A stretch of DNA of 64,000 nt from an uncultured Acidobacteriota bacterium (GTDB taxonomy: Bacteria > Acidobacteriota > Thermoanaerobaculia > Multivoradales > UBA5704), in NCBI GenBank assembly GCA_963700145.1, contig OY969474.1, positions 4,384,001 to 4,448,000 on the forward strand, given 5' to 3'. Under the pieces are notes generated by a model. The model did no database searches, had not been told where the DNA came from, and worked only from the letters and a program-made list of their open reading frames with translations. Position 1 is the first letter of the stretch. Each line of letters begins with the position of its first letter. This document shows positions 55,497-64,000 of the stretch, one piece after another. The translations under genes were made by a program, and so were the position numbers.

Positions 55497-56471
55497 GTGA
55501 AAGTCACCGAGCACCTGGCCCGCGCCAGCGGCCCGCTGATCAGCTTCGAGATCATCCCGCCGCTGCGCGGCGGCAACGTGCAGGGCCTGCTGGCGCTGAT
55601 CGACGACCTCGTCCGCTTCCGCCCCCCGTTCATCGACATCACCAGCCACGCCGCCGAGGCGGTGGTGGACGAGACCCCGCTCGGCCTGCAGCGCCGGGTC
55701 AAGCGCAAGCGCCCGGGCACCCTGGGCGTCTGCGCGCTGATCCAGAACAAGTACCAGATCGACGCCGTGCCGCACATCCTCTGCCGGGGCTTCACCCGCG
55801 AGGAGACCGAGGACTTCCTGATCGAGCTCAAGTACCTGGGCATCGACAACGTGCTCGCGGTGCGCGGCGACGACAGCGGCTATCAGAAGCCGCTCCAGTA
55901 CGGGCGCAGCGCCAACCTCTACGCCGTCGACCTGGTGCGGCAGATCTGCGCCATGAACTGCGGCAAGTACCTGGAGGAGGAGTTGCTCGACGCCGAGCCT
56001 TCGAGCTTCTGCATCGGCGTCGGCGGCTACCCGGAGAAGCACTTCGAGGCCCCCAACCTGCAGCTCGACGTCCGCCACGCCAAGGAGAAAGTGGACGCCG
56101 GCGCGCACTACATCGTGACCCAGATGTTCTTCGACAACCGGCACTACTTCCGCTTCGTCGAGCTGTGCCGGGCGGCGGGCATCGAGGTGCCGATCATCCC
56201 CGGGCTCAAGATCCTCTCCTCGCGCAACCAGCTCGCCTCGATCCCGCGCAACTTCTACGTCGAGATCCCCGCGGACCTCGCCGACGCGGTGCTCGACGCC
56301 GACCCCGAGCACGCCCTCGACGTCGGCGTCGAATGGGCGCTCGGACAGGTCGAGGACCTCCTCGCCCACGGCGTGCCGTCGGTCCACTTCTACATCATGC
56401 AGAGCGCCAAGGCGGTCAGCCGCCTCCTCTCCCGCCTCGAGCTCGGCGTCCGCGCCGGGCGCGAGGTGTAG
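55497..56471 (+). CDS. metF: 5,10-methylenetetrahydrofolate reductase
   Basis: SFEIIPP, VPHILCRGF, LAVRGD, GYPEKH, KVDAGA, VTQMFFDN, IIPG, HFY. Confidence 0.93.
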   Translation: MKVTEHLARASGPLISFEIIPPLRGGNVQGLLALIDDLVRFRPPFIDITSHAAEAVVDETPLGLQRRVKRKRPGTLGVCALIQNKYQIDAVPHILCRGFTREETEDFLIELKYLGIDNVLAVRGDDSGYQKPLQYGRSANLYAVDLVRQICAMNCGKYLEEELLDAEPSSFCIGVGGYPEKHFEAPNLQLDVRHAKEKVDAGAHYIVTQMFFDNRHYFRFVELCRAAGIEVPIIPGLKILSSRNQLASIPRNFYVEIPADLADAVLDADPEHALDVGVEWALGQVEDLLAHGVPSVHFYIMQSAKAVSRLLSRLELGVRAGREV

Positions 56472-56544
56472 CGGCGGGACGCCTCGAGCGGGCGCCGCCG
56501 GCATCGAACCCGCGCTAGCGACCGAAAACCAAGGAGCGTCACCC

Positions 56545-57507
56545 ATGAAACCGCGTTCACCAGAACCCCGCCCGACGGCCCGAGCGCTGCTTCTCGCCCT
56601 CGGCCTGATCGTCGCCGCGACCGCCTGCGCCAGCGTCGATCCGGTGCCCTTCACCCAGTTCGCGTCGTCGCTCCAGCCGCTGCGCGCCGGCAGCGACACC
56701 CAGGCAGGGGCGGCAGCCGACGCCAGCCGCGAGGAGCTCATCCAAAAAGTAGCCGCCGGGGAAGTCAGCCCGGCCGACCTCCAGCTCGAGTTCGGCGAGG
56801 CCGATCCTTTCAGCACGACCTACGGTTTTGCCGAGAGGGAGCCCAACTTCGCCAAGCTCATGCGGTTTCGCCAAGGGCTCTCGGCGCTCAACGACGCCAT
56901 GACCGCCTACGCCCAGTCCCTCGCGGTGCTGGCGGGCGGAGGCGAAGGGGGCGACATCCTGCCCACGACCGCCCAGTTCGATCAGTTGGCCCGGGACCTC
57001 AACGCCAATGCCGGCACGGCCGCTGCCGCGCTCGGCGTGCGGCTCGACCCCGGCAGGCAGGCGCTCTTGAGCACCGCCGCGATCGAGCTTTTCAAGGGCT
57101 ACATCGAGAGCAAGCGGCGCAAGGATCTCGCCAAGGCGATCGCGGAGGTTCAGCCGCAGGTGGACGAGTTTTCGAGCGCGGCCCAGGAAGCAGTCCGCTT
57201 TCTCGCGTTGATGGTCGGGACTGACTACACCAAGGAGGTCTTGCCCCTCGCGACGGCGTCGCCGCCCAACGCGACGCCCATCCTGACGTTGAACGACTCG
57301 ACCCAGGCGACCCTCGCGGCCCTCGAATCGTTGTCGCGGAGCTATGGGGCGCTACCGGCGGCGCACCGCGACCTCGCGGCGGCCGCCGCGAAGAGAAAGA
57401 CCGGCCTCGCCGGCCTCGTCGCCCTGGGAGACGAGGCGATCCGGCTGCAAGGTCTCCTGACCGAGCTCAAGGCGGCAAACGCCGCAGCCGCAGGTCCGAC
57501 CCAGTAA
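56545..57507 (+). CDS. Alpha-helical lipoprotein, unknown function
   Basis: AAGGAG RBS; lipobox-like ATAC; long amphipathic helices. Confidence 0.7.
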   Translation: MKPRSPEPRPTARALLLALGLIVAATACASVDPVPFTQFASSLQPLRAGSDTQAGAAADASREELIQKVAAGEVSPADLQLEFGEADPFSTTYGFAEREPNFAKLMRFRQGLSALNDAMTAYAQSLAVLAGGGEGGDILPTTAQFDQLARDLNANAGTAAAALGVRLDPGRQALLSTAAIELFKGYIESKRRKDLAKAIAEVQPQVDEFSSAAQEAVRFLALMVGTDYTKEVLPLATASPPNATPILTLNDSTQATLAALESLSRSYGALPAAHRDLAAAAAKRKTGLAGLVALGDEAIRLQGLLTELKAANAAAAGPTQ

Positions 57508-57520
57508 CAAGGAGAATCCG

Positions 57521-57877
57521 ATGAACCAGGAAATCGAAGCCAAGCTCGACGTCCTCGCGGGCATGAACTCGTCGGTGGGGAAGCTCACCAACGTCCAGAT
57601 CCGCTTGACCCTCGCCGGAGAAGCCGCCCTCGCCCAGCAGATCGACGCCAAGCGCAAGGCGCTGCTCGATCAGATCGAAGTCCTTCAGGGTCAGGTCGCC
57701 GACCAATGGACGGTCCAGGCCGCGACGCTCGCCGATGGGCTGCGCGAGGCCAACACCAAGGTCCAGGCGCGAATCCGCAACATCCAGAACAAAGTCGACA
57801 TCGCCAAGAACGCGGTCCAGATCATCGGCCAGATCGACGGCGCCCTGGGGTTCTTGAAGAGCGTGGTGCCAGATTGA
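57521..57877 (+). CDS. Small coiled-coil hypothetical protein
   Basis: AAGGAG RBS; heptad-like Q/K/A/I-rich sequence. Confidence 0.7.
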   Translation: MNQEIEAKLDVLAGMNSSVGKLTNVQIRLTLAGEAALAQQIDAKRKALLDQIEVLQGQVADQWTVQAATLADGLREANTKVQARIRNIQNKVDIAKNAVQIIGQIDGALGFLKSVVPD

Positions 57878-57888
57878 CGCCTGGAACT

Positions 57889-57917
57889 TTGACAACCCTC
57901 GGCGCCTGAGCTACGCT
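57889..57917 (+). promoter_or_regulatory. Sigma70 promoter for riboswitch-metH
   Basis: TTGACA-17 bp-TACGCT, 6 nt before the aptamer P1. Confidence 0.7.
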
Positions 57918-57923
57918 GCCTCT

Positions 57924-58061
57924 CGCATTGCGAGCGGCCCGGCGCCTCCGCTGACGAGCGCCGGGCTCGGCAACCTGGGACGGACACCCAAGGTGCCCTC
58001 CCGCTTCTAGCTGGAACGAAGCGGGGATGCGGCCGGGATTCTCCGGCAACCAACTGTCCGG
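57924..58061 (+). ncRNA. SAM-I/IV-type riboswitch aptamer
   Basis: P1 CGCAU/AUGCG; simple P2 hairpin; P3 GGCAACC..AGGUGCC; P4 CCCGCUUC/GAAGCGGG; P5 GCCGG/CCGGC; L3 CGGACA complementary to 3' UGUCCG (PK-2); upstream of metH. Confidence 0.85.
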
Positions 58062-58066
58062 CGGCC

Positions 58067-58107
58067 AAGCCCGTCTCGCGATGCAGCGCGAGGCGGGTTT
58101 TCGTTTT
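58067..58107 (+). terminator. Intrinsic terminator (riboswitch expression platform)
   Basis: gcccgtctcgcg / cgcgaggcgggt stem followed by tttcgtttt. Confidence 0.8.
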
Positions 58108-58130
58108 GTGGCCCGCACGAGGAGCCGAGC

Positions 58131-61100
58131 ATGGACGTCCCGATCCCTTCCCGCCCCGACGACCTCGAGGAGCGCGCCGCGCGTCTCCACGCCGCCCTCG
58201 CCGAGCGCGTCCTGGTGCTCGACGGCGCCACCGGCACGGCGCTCCAGGCGGAGTCGCTCAGCGCCGAGGACTTCGGCGGGCCCGACCTCGAAGGGTGCAA
58301 CGAGAACCTCTGCGCCACCCGACCGGACGTCGTGGACCGCGTCCACGAGGGCTACCTCGCGGCCGGCGCCGACGTCGTCGAGACCAACACCTTCGGCGGC
58401 ACGCCGCTGGTGCTCGCAGAGTACGGCCTGGCCGACCAGGCTTTCGCGCTCAACCGCGCCGCCGCCGCCATCGCCCGCGCCGCCTGCGCCCGCTGGGAGA
58501 GCCCGGAGAAGCCGCGCTTCGTCTGCGGCTCGATGGGCCCGACGACCAAGGCCATCTCGGTCACCGGCGGCGTCACCTTCGAGGAGCTGCAGGAGCACTT
58601 CCGCGTCCAGGCGCTGGGGCTGATGGCCGGCGGCGCCGACTACCTGCTGCTCGAAACCCAGCAGGACACCCGCAACGTCAAGGCCGGTCTCCTGGGGATC
58701 GAGACGGCGTTCGCGCAGGCCGGGTGGCAGCTGCCGGTGGCGGTGTCGGCGACGATCGAGGCGACCGGCACGATGCTCGGCGGCCAGGACGCCGAGGCGC
58801 TCGCCGTCTCGCTCCTCCACGCCGACCTCCTCTACGTCGGCCTCAACTGCGCCACCGGCCCGGAGCGGATGACCGACCACATCCGCACGCTCGCCGAGCT
58901 GTCGCGCACCCGCGTCGCCTGCGTGCCCAACGCCGGCCTGCCGGACGAGGAGGGCCGCTACAACGAGGGGCCGGAGGAGATCGCGCGCGTCCTCGGCCGC
59001 TTTCTCGACGCCGGCTGGCTCAATCTGGTCGGCGGTTGCTGCGGCACGACGGCGGCGCACGTCGCGGCGCTCGCCGCGATTGCGCGCGGACGGCGGCCGC
59101 GGCCGGTGCCCGACCACCAGCGCGCCCTTATCGCCGGCCTCGAGGCGGTCGAGCTCACCGCCGACAACCGGCCGCTCCTGGTCGGCGAGCGCACGAACGT
59201 CCTCGGCAGCCGGCAGTTCAAGCGGCTGATCGCGGCCGGCGACTGGGAGGGGGCGGCGGAGGTGGCGCGCGCGCAGGTGCGTGCCGGCGGGCAGGTGCTG
59301 GACGTCTGCCTGCAGGACCCCGACCGCGACGAGCGCGCCGACGCCGAGGCCTTCCTCGACCGCCTGGTGCGCGTCGTCAAGGCGCCGATCATGATCGACA
59401 CCACCGACGCCGCGGTCATGGAGCGGTCCCTCACCTACTGCCAGGGGAAGGCGGTGCTCAACTCCATCAACCTGGAGGACGGCCTCGCGCGCTTCGAGCG
59501 CGTGGTGCCGCTGGCGCGGCGCTACGGCGCGGCGGTCGTCGTCGGCACGATCGACGAGCAGGGGATGGCGGTCACCGTCGAGCGCAAGCTGGAGGTGGCG
59601 CGCCGCAGCTTCCGTCTCCTGACCGAGGACTTCGGTCTGCGCGCCGAAGACATCTGGTGGGACGCGCTGGTCTTCCCCTGCGGCACCGGCGACGCGAGCT
59701 ACCTCGGCTCCGCCGGCCAGACGATCGAGGGCGTGCGGCGGCTCAAGGAGGAGTTCCCGGAGACGCGCACCGTCCTCGGCGTCTCGAACGTCAGCTTCGG
59801 CCTGCCGCCGGCCGGCCGCGAAGTGCTCAACTCGGTCTTCCTCTACCACTGCACCAAAGCCGGGCTCGACGCCGCGATCGTCAACTCCGAGCGCCTCGCC
59901 CGCTACGCCGACGTCCCGGAGGAGGAGCGCGCGCTCGCCGAGGCGCTGATCTTCCTGCCGGTCGGGGACGTGGCCGCCGGGGACCGGGCGGTCGAGACCT
60001 TCACCGCCCACTTCCGCGGCCGCACCGCGGCGCCGGCCAAGCCGCGGGCCGAGCTGCCGCTCGCCGAGCGCCTGGCGCGCGCCGTCGTCGAGGGGAGCAA
60101 GGTGGGGCTCGAGGACGACCTGGCGCAGGCGCTGGTCGACCCGCGCTGGCCGACGCCGCTCGAGGTCATCAACGGCCCGCTGATGGCGGGGATGAGCGAG
60201 GTGGGGCGCCTGTTCAACGCCAACCAGCTCATCGTCGCCGAGGTGCTGCAGAGCGCCGAAGTGATGAAGGCGGCGGTCTCCTACCTCGAGCCGCACATGG
60301 AGAAGGCCGGCAGCTCGACGCGCGGCAAGATCCTCCTCGCCACCGTCAAGGGGGACGTCCACGACATCGGCAAGAACCTGGTGGACATCGTGCTCACCAA
60401 CAACGGCTTCACGGTGGTGAACCTGGGGATCAAGGTGCCGTCGGAGCGCTTGATCGAGGCGGCGCGCGAGCACCGGCCGGACGTCATCGGCCTCTCGGGG
60501 CTGCTGGTCAAGAGCGCGCAGCAGATGGTGCTCACCGCCGGCGACCTCTCGGCGGTGGGGATCGACACGCCGCTCCTGGTCGGCGGCGCCGCCCTCACCC
60601 GCCGCTTCACCCACCGCAAGATCGCGCAGGCCTACGGCGGCCTCTGCACCTACGCCAAGGACGCAATGCACGGCCTGAAGCTCGTCGAGCGCCTGCTCGA
60701 CGGCGCGGCGCGGCCGGAGCTCGAGCAGGAGGTGGCGGAGCTGATCGCCGCCGACGCCGAGCCGGCGGCGGCGGTCGCGGAGGGGGCGGTTGCGGAGGGG
60801 GAGGCGGCGGCCGGCGCGCCAGCGGTGCGGCGGGACCTCGCGGCCCCTCCGCCCCCCGATTTGGAGCGCCACGCGGAGGAGCTCGACCTCGACGCGGTCT
60901 GGGAGTACCTGAACCCGCAAATGGTCTACGGCAAGCACCTGGGTCTCAAGGGTGTCGTCGCGAAGCTCGAAGCCGAAGGCGACCCCAAGCTCGCCAAGCT
61001 CCAGGCGGTCGTCGCCGAGCTGCAGCAGCTGGCGCGCGAAGGGGCGATGCGGGCGCGGGCCGTCTGGCGGTTCCTCCCCGCCGCGGCGGAGGGCGACCGC

Positions 61101-61613
61101 CTCAGCCTCTTCGACCCCGCGACCGGCCGGTTGGCGGCGGCCTGGGAGCTGCCGCGCCAGACGCGCAACGGCGGCCTGTGCCTCACCGACTACGTCCTGC
61201 CCGGCGATCACGTCGCCCTCTTCGTCACCACCGCCGGGCACGGCGTGCGGGAGCGGGTCGAGCGCTGGAAGGCCGCCGGCGAGTACCTGAAGAGCCACGC
61301 CTTCGCGGCGCTGGCGCTCGAGACCGCCGAGGCCGCGGCCGAGTGGCTGCACGCGCGGCTGCGGAAGGAGTGGGGCTTCCCCGACCCGCCCGACCTGTCG
61401 CTCCAGCAGAAGCTCGCCGCCCGCTACCGCGGCAAGCGCTACAGCTTCGGCTACCCGGCCTGCCCCGACCTCGCCTTCCAGCGCCAGCTCTTCGCCGCCC
61501 TCGGCCCCGAGGAGATCGGCGTCGAGCTCACCGAAGGCGACATGATGGATCCGGAAGCGAGCGTCTCCGCGCTCGTGTTCCAGCATCCAGATGCAAGATA
61601 TTTTGGAGTTTGA
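58131..61613 (+). CDS. metH: Cobalamin-dependent methionine synthase
   Basis: LDGATGT, ETNTFG, GLNCATG, PNAGLP, GGCCGTT, VGERTNV, KGDVHDIGKNLV, RYSFGYPACPDL. Confidence 0.96.
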   Translation: MDVPIPSRPDDLEERAARLHAALAERVLVLDGATGTALQAESLSAEDFGGPDLEGCNENLCATRPDVVDRVHEGYLAAGADVVETNTFGGTPLVLAEYGLADQAFALNRAAAAIARAACARWESPEKPRFVCGSMGPTTKAISVTGGVTFEELQEHFRVQALGLMAGGADYLLLETQQDTRNVKAGLLGIETAFAQAGWQLPVAVSATIEATGTMLGGQDAEALAVSLLHADLLYVGLNCATGPERMTDHIRTLAELSRTRVACVPNAGLPDEEGRYNEGPEEIARVLGRFLDAGWLNLVGGCCGTTAAHVAALAAIARGRRPRPVPDHQRALIAGLEAVELTADNRPLLVGERTNVLGSRQFKRLIAAGDWEGAAEVARAQVRAGGQVLDVCLQDPDRDERADAEAFLDRLVRVVKAPIMIDTTDAAVMERSLTYCQGKAVLNSINLEDGLARFERVVPLARRYGAAVVVGTIDEQGMAVTVERKLEVARRSFRLLTEDFGLRAEDIWWDALVFPCGTGDASYLGSAGQTIEGVRRLKEEFPETRTVLGVSNVSFGLPPAGREVLNSVFLYHCTKAGLDAAIVNSERLARYADVPEEERALAEALIFLPVGDVAAGDRAVETFTAHFRGRTAAPAKPRAELPLAERLARAVVEGSKVGLEDDLAQALVDPRWPTPLEVINGPLMAGMSEVGRLFNANQLIVAEVLQSAEVMKAAVSYLEPHMEKAGSSTRGKILLATVKGDVHDIGKNLVDIVLTNNGFTVVNLGIKVPSERLIEAAREHRPDVIGLSGLLVKSAQQMVLTAGDLSAVGIDTPLLVGGAALTRRFTHRKIAQAYGGLCTYAKDAMHGLKLVERLLDGAARPELEQEVAELIAADAEPAAAVAEGAVAEGEAAAGAPAVRRDLAAPPPPDLERHAEELDLDAVWEYLNPQMVYGKHLGLKGVVAKLEAEGDPKLAKLQAVVAELQQLAREGAMRARAVWRFLPAAAEGDRLSLFDPATGRLAAAWELPRQTRNGGLCLTDYVLPGDHVALFVTTAGHGVRERVERWKAAGEYLKSHAFAALALETAEAAAEWLHARLRKEWGFPDPPDLSLQQKLAARYRGKRYSFGYPACPDLAFQRQLFAALGPEEIGVELTEGDMMDPEASVSALVFQHPDARYFGV

Positions 61614-61658
61614 GTTTGCGTGTGCTCCAAAGGGAAGTCCGCCCGCTGCTTAATCGGC

Positions 61659-62546
61659 TTACTCTGACTTCGGCGCGATCGAGATCGGCTGGTAGTCGCC
61701 AGGAATGAGACTGCCGGGCTGGTGGGGGAGGCGGCTCGAGCGGCCGTCGCGCGGGGGGAAGCGCGGGTCGGGGCGGGGGAGGAGCACCGGGCCGCCGTCG
61801 CCGGGGTCGGGCCGGCCGTCGCCGTGCGGCGGCGGGAAGACGCCGGGCAGGACCAGGATCGGCCAGCCGACGGCGACCGGCAGCGCCACCACCACCGGCC
61901 GCGGCTCCAGCAGATCGCGCGCGAGCTGCACCTCGGCGAGGTCCAGCAGCCGGTCGGTGCGGGCGGCGCGCGCGGCCTCCCTCGCCTCCGCGCGCCGGCT
62001 GTGGCGCTCCTGCTCCTCGCGCTCGCGCGCCCGCAGCCGCTCGTCGTGCTCGGCGCGGGTGATCCAGGCGCCGCCGTGCTCGACGAAACCGCGCCGCCGC
62101 ATCGACTCGGCGTAGGGGATCCACCGCGCCAGCTCGCGGTCGTAGACGTAGCCCAGCCCGCGCAGCAGCGGCTCCAGCGCGGCGAGCTGCGGGTCCAGCC
62201 GGGCCGCCTGCAGGGCCGCCTCGCGCGTCGCCGTCGCCAGCCCCTGCGCCTTCGCCCAGCGCGCCAGCTCGACCCAGTCGGCCGCGGTCGCGTCGGGATC
62301 GCGGCGCAGCGCCTTCTCCCGTGCCAGGAACTCCGCGAACGGCGCCTCGCCCTTCTCGACCCGCGCCACGGCGCTCCGCGGCAGGCTGAGCTCGCCGCCC
62401 GGCATGCGGATGCGCACCTGCGTCGCGGTGACCTCGGCGATCACCCCTTCGAAGGAGTTGCCGTTGTTGAGGAAGACATCGTCGGCGGCGGCGGGGAGCG
62501 CGGCGGCGGACCCGAAGAGGAGGAGGGGAAGGAGCCGTAGGCGCAT
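61659..62546 (-). CDS. Secreted hypothetical protein with Pro-rich C-terminus
   Basis: GAAAGGA RBS; signal peptide ending AAA-DDVFLNNG; beta-rich N-terminal domain followed by helices. Confidence 0.65.
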   Translation of the reverse strand: MRLRLLPLLLFGSAAALPAAADDVFLNNGNSFEGVIAEVTATQVRIRMPGGELSLPRSAVARVEKGEAPFAEFLAREKALRRDPDATAADWVELARWAKAQGLATATREAALQAARLDPQLAALEPLLRGLGYVYDRELARWIPYAESMRRRGFVEHGGAWITRAEHDERLRAREREEQERHSRRAEAREAARAARTDRLLDLAEVQLARDLLEPRPVVVALPVAVGWPILVLPGVFPPPHGDGRPDPGDGGPVLLPRPDPRFPPRDGRSSRLPHQPGSLIPGDYQPISIAPKSE

Positions 62547-62582
62547 CGACGTCCTTTCTACGCTTGGGCGAGCGCCAGTATC

Positions 62583-63998
62583 CTACACCCTCCCGCCCCC
62601 CGGCCGCCGGCGCGTCGCGTAGACGGCGGCGCCCGCCGCGACGGCGGCGAAGACGGCCGCCGCGATCCACCGCTCCGCCGGCCGCGGCCGCGCCGGCACC
62701 AGCTCGCCGTCGCCGAGCACCACCAGCCCCGCCCAAGCCGCGGCGGGGGCGCCGGCGCGGATTCGCTCGGTCTGCGCCGCGCGCAGCGCCGCGGCCAGGC
62801 TCTCACCCCTCCCCAGGTGGCGGTAGAAGCTCGAGAAGAGCGCCTCGGCCTCGTCGTCGCGCAGCGGCCAGAGGCTCGCCACCACGGCGTGCGCCCCGGC
62901 CTGGAAGAAGGCGCGCGCCAGGCCCATCACCCCTTCGCCGCGCAGCAGGCGCCCGGAAGCGCTGCGGCAGGAGGCGAGCACGACGGTGTCGCCCGCGAGG
63001 TCTAGCTCGACGATCTCGCGCGCCTGCAGCAGGCCGTCCTCGCCGCGCGCTCCCGGCGCCAGCAGCACGCCCGAGCTCTCCGGCTGCTCGTCGTCGAGGA
63101 GCGCGTGCACCGCGAAGTGGAGGAGGCCGAAACCGCCGCCGCCGCGCTTCAAGAACGCTTCCGAGGCCTCCTCGCCGACGCGCAGCACGCTCCCCCGGCC
63201 GAGGTGCCGGACCACGGCCCGCCCTTCGTCGCGCGCGTAGGGCAGCGGCGGCAGGGCCTGCATGGCGGCGAAGACGGCGGCGCGCTCGGCGGGCGCGCCG
63301 CGGCGGCCTGCGGCCACGCTCGCGGAAGCCGCCTTCCCGGCGCCGGGGGCCGGCGGGTCTGCGAGCGCCAGCGCGGGCCGCGCGCCCGGCAGCGGCCGGC
63401 TCGCCCGCCAGCGCAGCCAGAGCGTGGCGGAGGGGACGACGGTGAGCTGGTAGCGCGTCGCCAGCGGCGCGCCGTCCGCGCCGCGCAGCGCCGCGAACGG
63501 CAGGCGGTGGAGGTCGTCGTCCGGGACCAGGACCAGGCGCTGGACGCCGGCCGGCAGGTCGCCCAGCGCCCGCGCCAGGAGGCGGTCGTGGAGCGCGCGG
63601 GCGGCGGTCGCCTCGCGATCCGGTGCCCGGGCCGCGAAGAGCCCGTCGAACATCGCCAGCGTCGGACGCAGCTCGACGCGTCCGGGGAGGCGGTAGGCGC
63701 GGGCGCCGTGGCGCGTGACGGCGAGCAGCCAGGCGCCGCCGGCGAACTGTCCCGCCGTGTCGCCCCAGGGAGCGATCTGGAAGGAGAGCAGGGCCTCGTC
63801 GGTGCCGAGCGCCCCCTGCACGCGCGCCAGCGATGCGAAGTCCGGCCGGCGGTGGGCGGCGAGGTCCCCGGCTCCCTCGGCGAGCCGCTCGCGCAGCTCC
63901 GCCTCCGCGAGCTCCAGCCGCTGCTGCTCGCGGCGGGCCGCTTCGCGTGGCGCCGCCGGTAGACCGGGCTCGAGCAGCCGTCGCTGTACCCGCGCCAG
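62583..63998 (-). CDS. CHAT-domain (caspase-like) protein with C-terminal TM helix, 5' partial
   Basis: VLVPDDDLHRLPFAAL, LPPLPYARDE, LHFAVH, DGLLQARE, VVLASCRS, GEGVMGLARAFFQAGA, SLWP, WAGLVVLGD; frame is open to the window edge. Confidence 0.88.
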   Translation of the reverse strand: MARVQRRLLEPGLPAAPREAARREQQRLELAEAELRERLAEGAGDLAAHRRPDFASLARVQGALGTDEALLSFQIAPWGDTAGQFAGGAWLLAVTRHGARAYRLPGRVELRPTLAMFDGLFAARAPDREATAARALHDRLLARALGDLPAGVQRLVLVPDDDLHRLPFAALRGADGAPLATRYQLTVVPSATLWLRWRASRPLPGARPALALADPPAPGAGKAASASVAAGRRGAPAERAAVFAAMQALPPLPYARDEGRAVVRHLGRGSVLRVGEEASEAFLKRGGGGFGLLHFAVHALLDDEQPESSGVLLAPGARGEDGLLQAREIVELDLAGDTVVLASCRSASGRLLRGEGVMGLARAFFQAGAHAVVASLWPLRDDEAEALFSSFYRHLGRGESLAAALRAAQTERIRAGAPAAAWAGLVVLGDGELVPARPRPAERWIAAAVFAAVAAGAAVYATRRRPGGGRV

Positions 63999-64000
63999 CT

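Noticed and set aside
57822-61586. 1254-aa minus-strand and 1200-aa off-frame ORFs
   Set aside because: Shadows of metH
60850-61613. Short MetH C-terminal activation domain as a pseudogene sign
   Set aside because: The frame is intact with RYSFGYPACPDL, and compact activation domains are known in functional MetH

Overview
Very GC-rich bacterial DNA; the gene content (TPR, CHAT and BTAD proteins, C25 peptidase) suggests an Acidobacteriota/Thermoanaerobaculia-like organism, which is inference only. About 1.7-55 kb is a large Wzx/Wzy-type surface-polysaccharide region: about 12 glycosyltransferases, 4 SAM methyltransferases, a carbamoyltransferase, an AsnB amidotransferase, an epimerase, Wzx, Wzy, Wza, Wzc, a PHP phosphatase, an outer-membrane beta-barrel, two O-antigen-ligase-family proteins, a bifunctional Sat/CysC and a WcaJ-like priming transferase. 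Nested inside it is a lasso-peptide operon in paeninodin order (cyclase, precursor, HPr-like kinase, RRE, B2 protease; 49975-53594). The operon has no ABC exporter in the window, follows a secreted Cys-rich C25 (gingipain-like) peptidase, and has a nucleotidyltransferase nearby, co-oriented with an O-antigen ligase. Also embedded is a pair with a sigma54-like promoter: a small secreted Cys/DPxG peptide and a zinc-finger-TPR protein. The right end holds metF, a lipoprotein/coiled-coil pair, a SAM-I/IV riboswitch with terminator ahead of metH, and a partial CHAT protein. No CRISPR array, rRNA, tRNA or transposase was recognised. Several start coordinates were re-called by hand because the ORF track over- or under-extends them.
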